Below are positions 61,885-64,000 of a stretch of DNA of 64,000 bases, one piece after another (the stretch's first letter is position 1; every line of letters starts with the position of its first letter). The notes beneath the pieces are model-generated. The model had not been told where the DNA came from and did no database searches. It worked only from the letters and a program-made list of their open reading frames with translations. The stretch spans positions 24,056,001-24,120,000 of the forward strand of contig NC_043007.1 of NCBI RefSeq assembly GCF_006345805.1, in the 5' to 3' direction. Position numbers and translations under genes: made by a program. The stretch is from Octopus sinensis. Its lineage: Eukaryota.

Positions 61885-64000
61885 TTCCTGAATAGTTGTC
61901 TATCATGGCTGGTAAATAGTTGTGGTAATTGATCAATTCACTACGCAGGTGTCACCTTATGCACCATACCTTGCAACGATGGTTGAATGAAAAGTGGGAG
62001 CCATCAAAAAAAAGCCACTGCAATGAGAGCTGTCAAGGAAGGGCCCTCAGAATGGGGCAAGGATCTGAAATGTAAGAGCGTTCAATTCTGAGATAAGGAG
62101 CGCTGAAATCCATAAAGCCAAATGTGTGCTCTGTCTTTTATAATAACTATTATAACATACACTTGGAATGGTCCATAGGTTGTAATAAAAATAAGAACTG
62201 CTCTGAATCTGTGTTGTAAACATCTAGGCTATCTTAGCAGCATAGTAGGCCCCTGGGCAAATCTAATGTAATGGGCCCTCTGGTATTTATTTGACAGCAA
62301 GGCAAAGTATACATAGATCAGAATTGGCCCCCTAGATCTGTGGGGCCTTCAGGCAACAACTGTCCAATGTGCTCGTACCTCAAGATGGCACTGACAAACA
62401 GTCTACATTCTTTTGAATATAGCAGTTTTAACAGCATGTGTTCTTGAAAAGGAAAGGCAGACAGTAAATTTTTGGTATGAATTTTATATCTGCGTGCCCT
62501 TCTTGTCACAAATATCATGGTAACATGGACAGATGCGTGTGCTCACACACACATATTATTGCTAAAACATTTGAGATTCTTTAAAGTAGCAGTTGTCTAA
62601 TTTGCAAATATTAAAGCCTCCTCTCCCCATACGATACTGCTTTTTTTTTCTTTTTTGCATCCCTCTTAATGCAAAGACAAATTGAGTTTGCATTGATATA
62701 ATTCTATCTTTGCCAGGATGTTGAATATGTTTAAAAAGTGGGGAAAACACGTTCGTTTTATTAAACATGTCTATTTGTCCACCCATTTTGCTATCTCCAC
62801 AACCTCTGCTCTCAGTAGATTGAAACCCCCTTTTTTCTCACCTTCCTATGAGAAACACATCTTTGGTGTCAGGAAATATTTCACTTTAAGGTCAGTCACT
62901 GATCTTCAAGACACTTCAAATAAGACCCTCCACATAACAGTTCACATTTATAGGACTGCTGTACACACACACCTCAAACTGAATTCCAATTATAATCATT
63001 TGATTGTTTGGTAGAAATTCACTCATTAATATACTACAGCCACTGGCTTAACAACATACAGTTACTTCTTTCAGTGTTGCAATGGCCTCTTTTCCATTGA
63101 AGGAAATGTCACCTGGCTGGTGACTTTGATGTGGTTGGTTTTTAATTTGGATTACTGTCAGCTGATGTTTGAACTTGGATGATGTATGAAGACAGACATT
63201 GAAAAAAAGAAACAAAGAAAGCAACCAGCCTTTGTTTCGTTCTATGTCCATTGGTTTTGTGATGTGGTTCCTGGTGACACTCCTTAAATGTTTAATTGGA
63301 TGCATTTATGCCAGGGTCAAGTCCACTGCTTCGTGTGTGTGTTTGTGCACACACACACACATTAATATTTCACTTAGGCCTTACAATACTAATAATCTGA
63401 TGTTAGAACTCGACTTACAGCTGTAAGTTAATGAAGTTCATAGCATAATTTTGTTTTCCTTTCTTATTTATTTAATTTCATATTACACTCTGTACTCGTG
63501 TGTGTGTGTGTGTGTGTGATATCATTGAACACTATACTCTAAATCATCAACATATTATGTGTGTCTTCTCTTTGTATAAGTAAATACATATCTACTAAAT
63601 GTTTTTTACAATACATAGTATTATTAAATCATTGTATGAGCTGTAGATATTTCCCTCTTTCTATATATTTATCTACTATGCTGTGTGTATGTACATATAT
63701 TTGCTTGCATGTATATATGAATACACACACACACACACACACACACACAATAGACTGAACGTCAACATACATATGCATGCCTAAGTACTTTTCTTATCTT
63801 GGATACATATTTATTTCAAGTTTTGTATGTATGTATATATTTGTATATATCTGTATATGTAACGATAAACTAACTCGGAAATGGATGTGTGGCATTCAAT
63901 TAACCCTTTCATTACCAACCCAGTTGAAACCGGCTCTTTCTCTAAGTACAAATGTCTTGTTTTCAGAAGTTTTGAATTAAAATCTTCCACCAAATCTTAG

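Noticed and set aside
59875-64000. ADSS exon 8
   Set aside because: No acceptor followed by the expected A/ExxRPxVxD-type sequence was found; it is presumably beyond the window.

Overview
AT-rich eukaryotic genomic DNA, very probably an octopus (coleoid cephalopod). This is inferred from the dense tRNA-derived SINE families and (TATG)n/(TA)n/(GA)n microsatellites, not from a database match. The only firmly identifiable gene is adenylosuccinate synthetase (ADSS/purA) on the + strand. Seven coding exons (13904-14155, 45608-45710, 47386-47499, 52825-52882, 55309-55354, 56668-56729, 59793-59874) splice in consistent phase to 239 codons. Intron 1 is 31.5 kb and the 3' exons lie beyond the window. 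The rest is a mosaic of SINEs (labelled A-E here, my own labels), Tc1/mariner relics, MITEs/foldbacks with clear TSDs, and LINE fragments. The most notable signals are: (1) an apparent CpG-rich to CpG-poor switch just after a CpG-island-like segment at about 28.5 kb inside ADSS intron 1, suggesting a hidden internal promoter or nested transcription unit; (2) SINE-A multimers of about 184-bp units with an identical junction at five loci; (3) a head-to-head palindrome with a minimal hammerhead-ribozyme-like core at 4.6 kb; (4) candidate microexon, recursive or poison splice sites and dsRNA-forming elements around ADSS exons 2-4. Repeat boundaries are read by eye and approximate unless a TSD is quoted.
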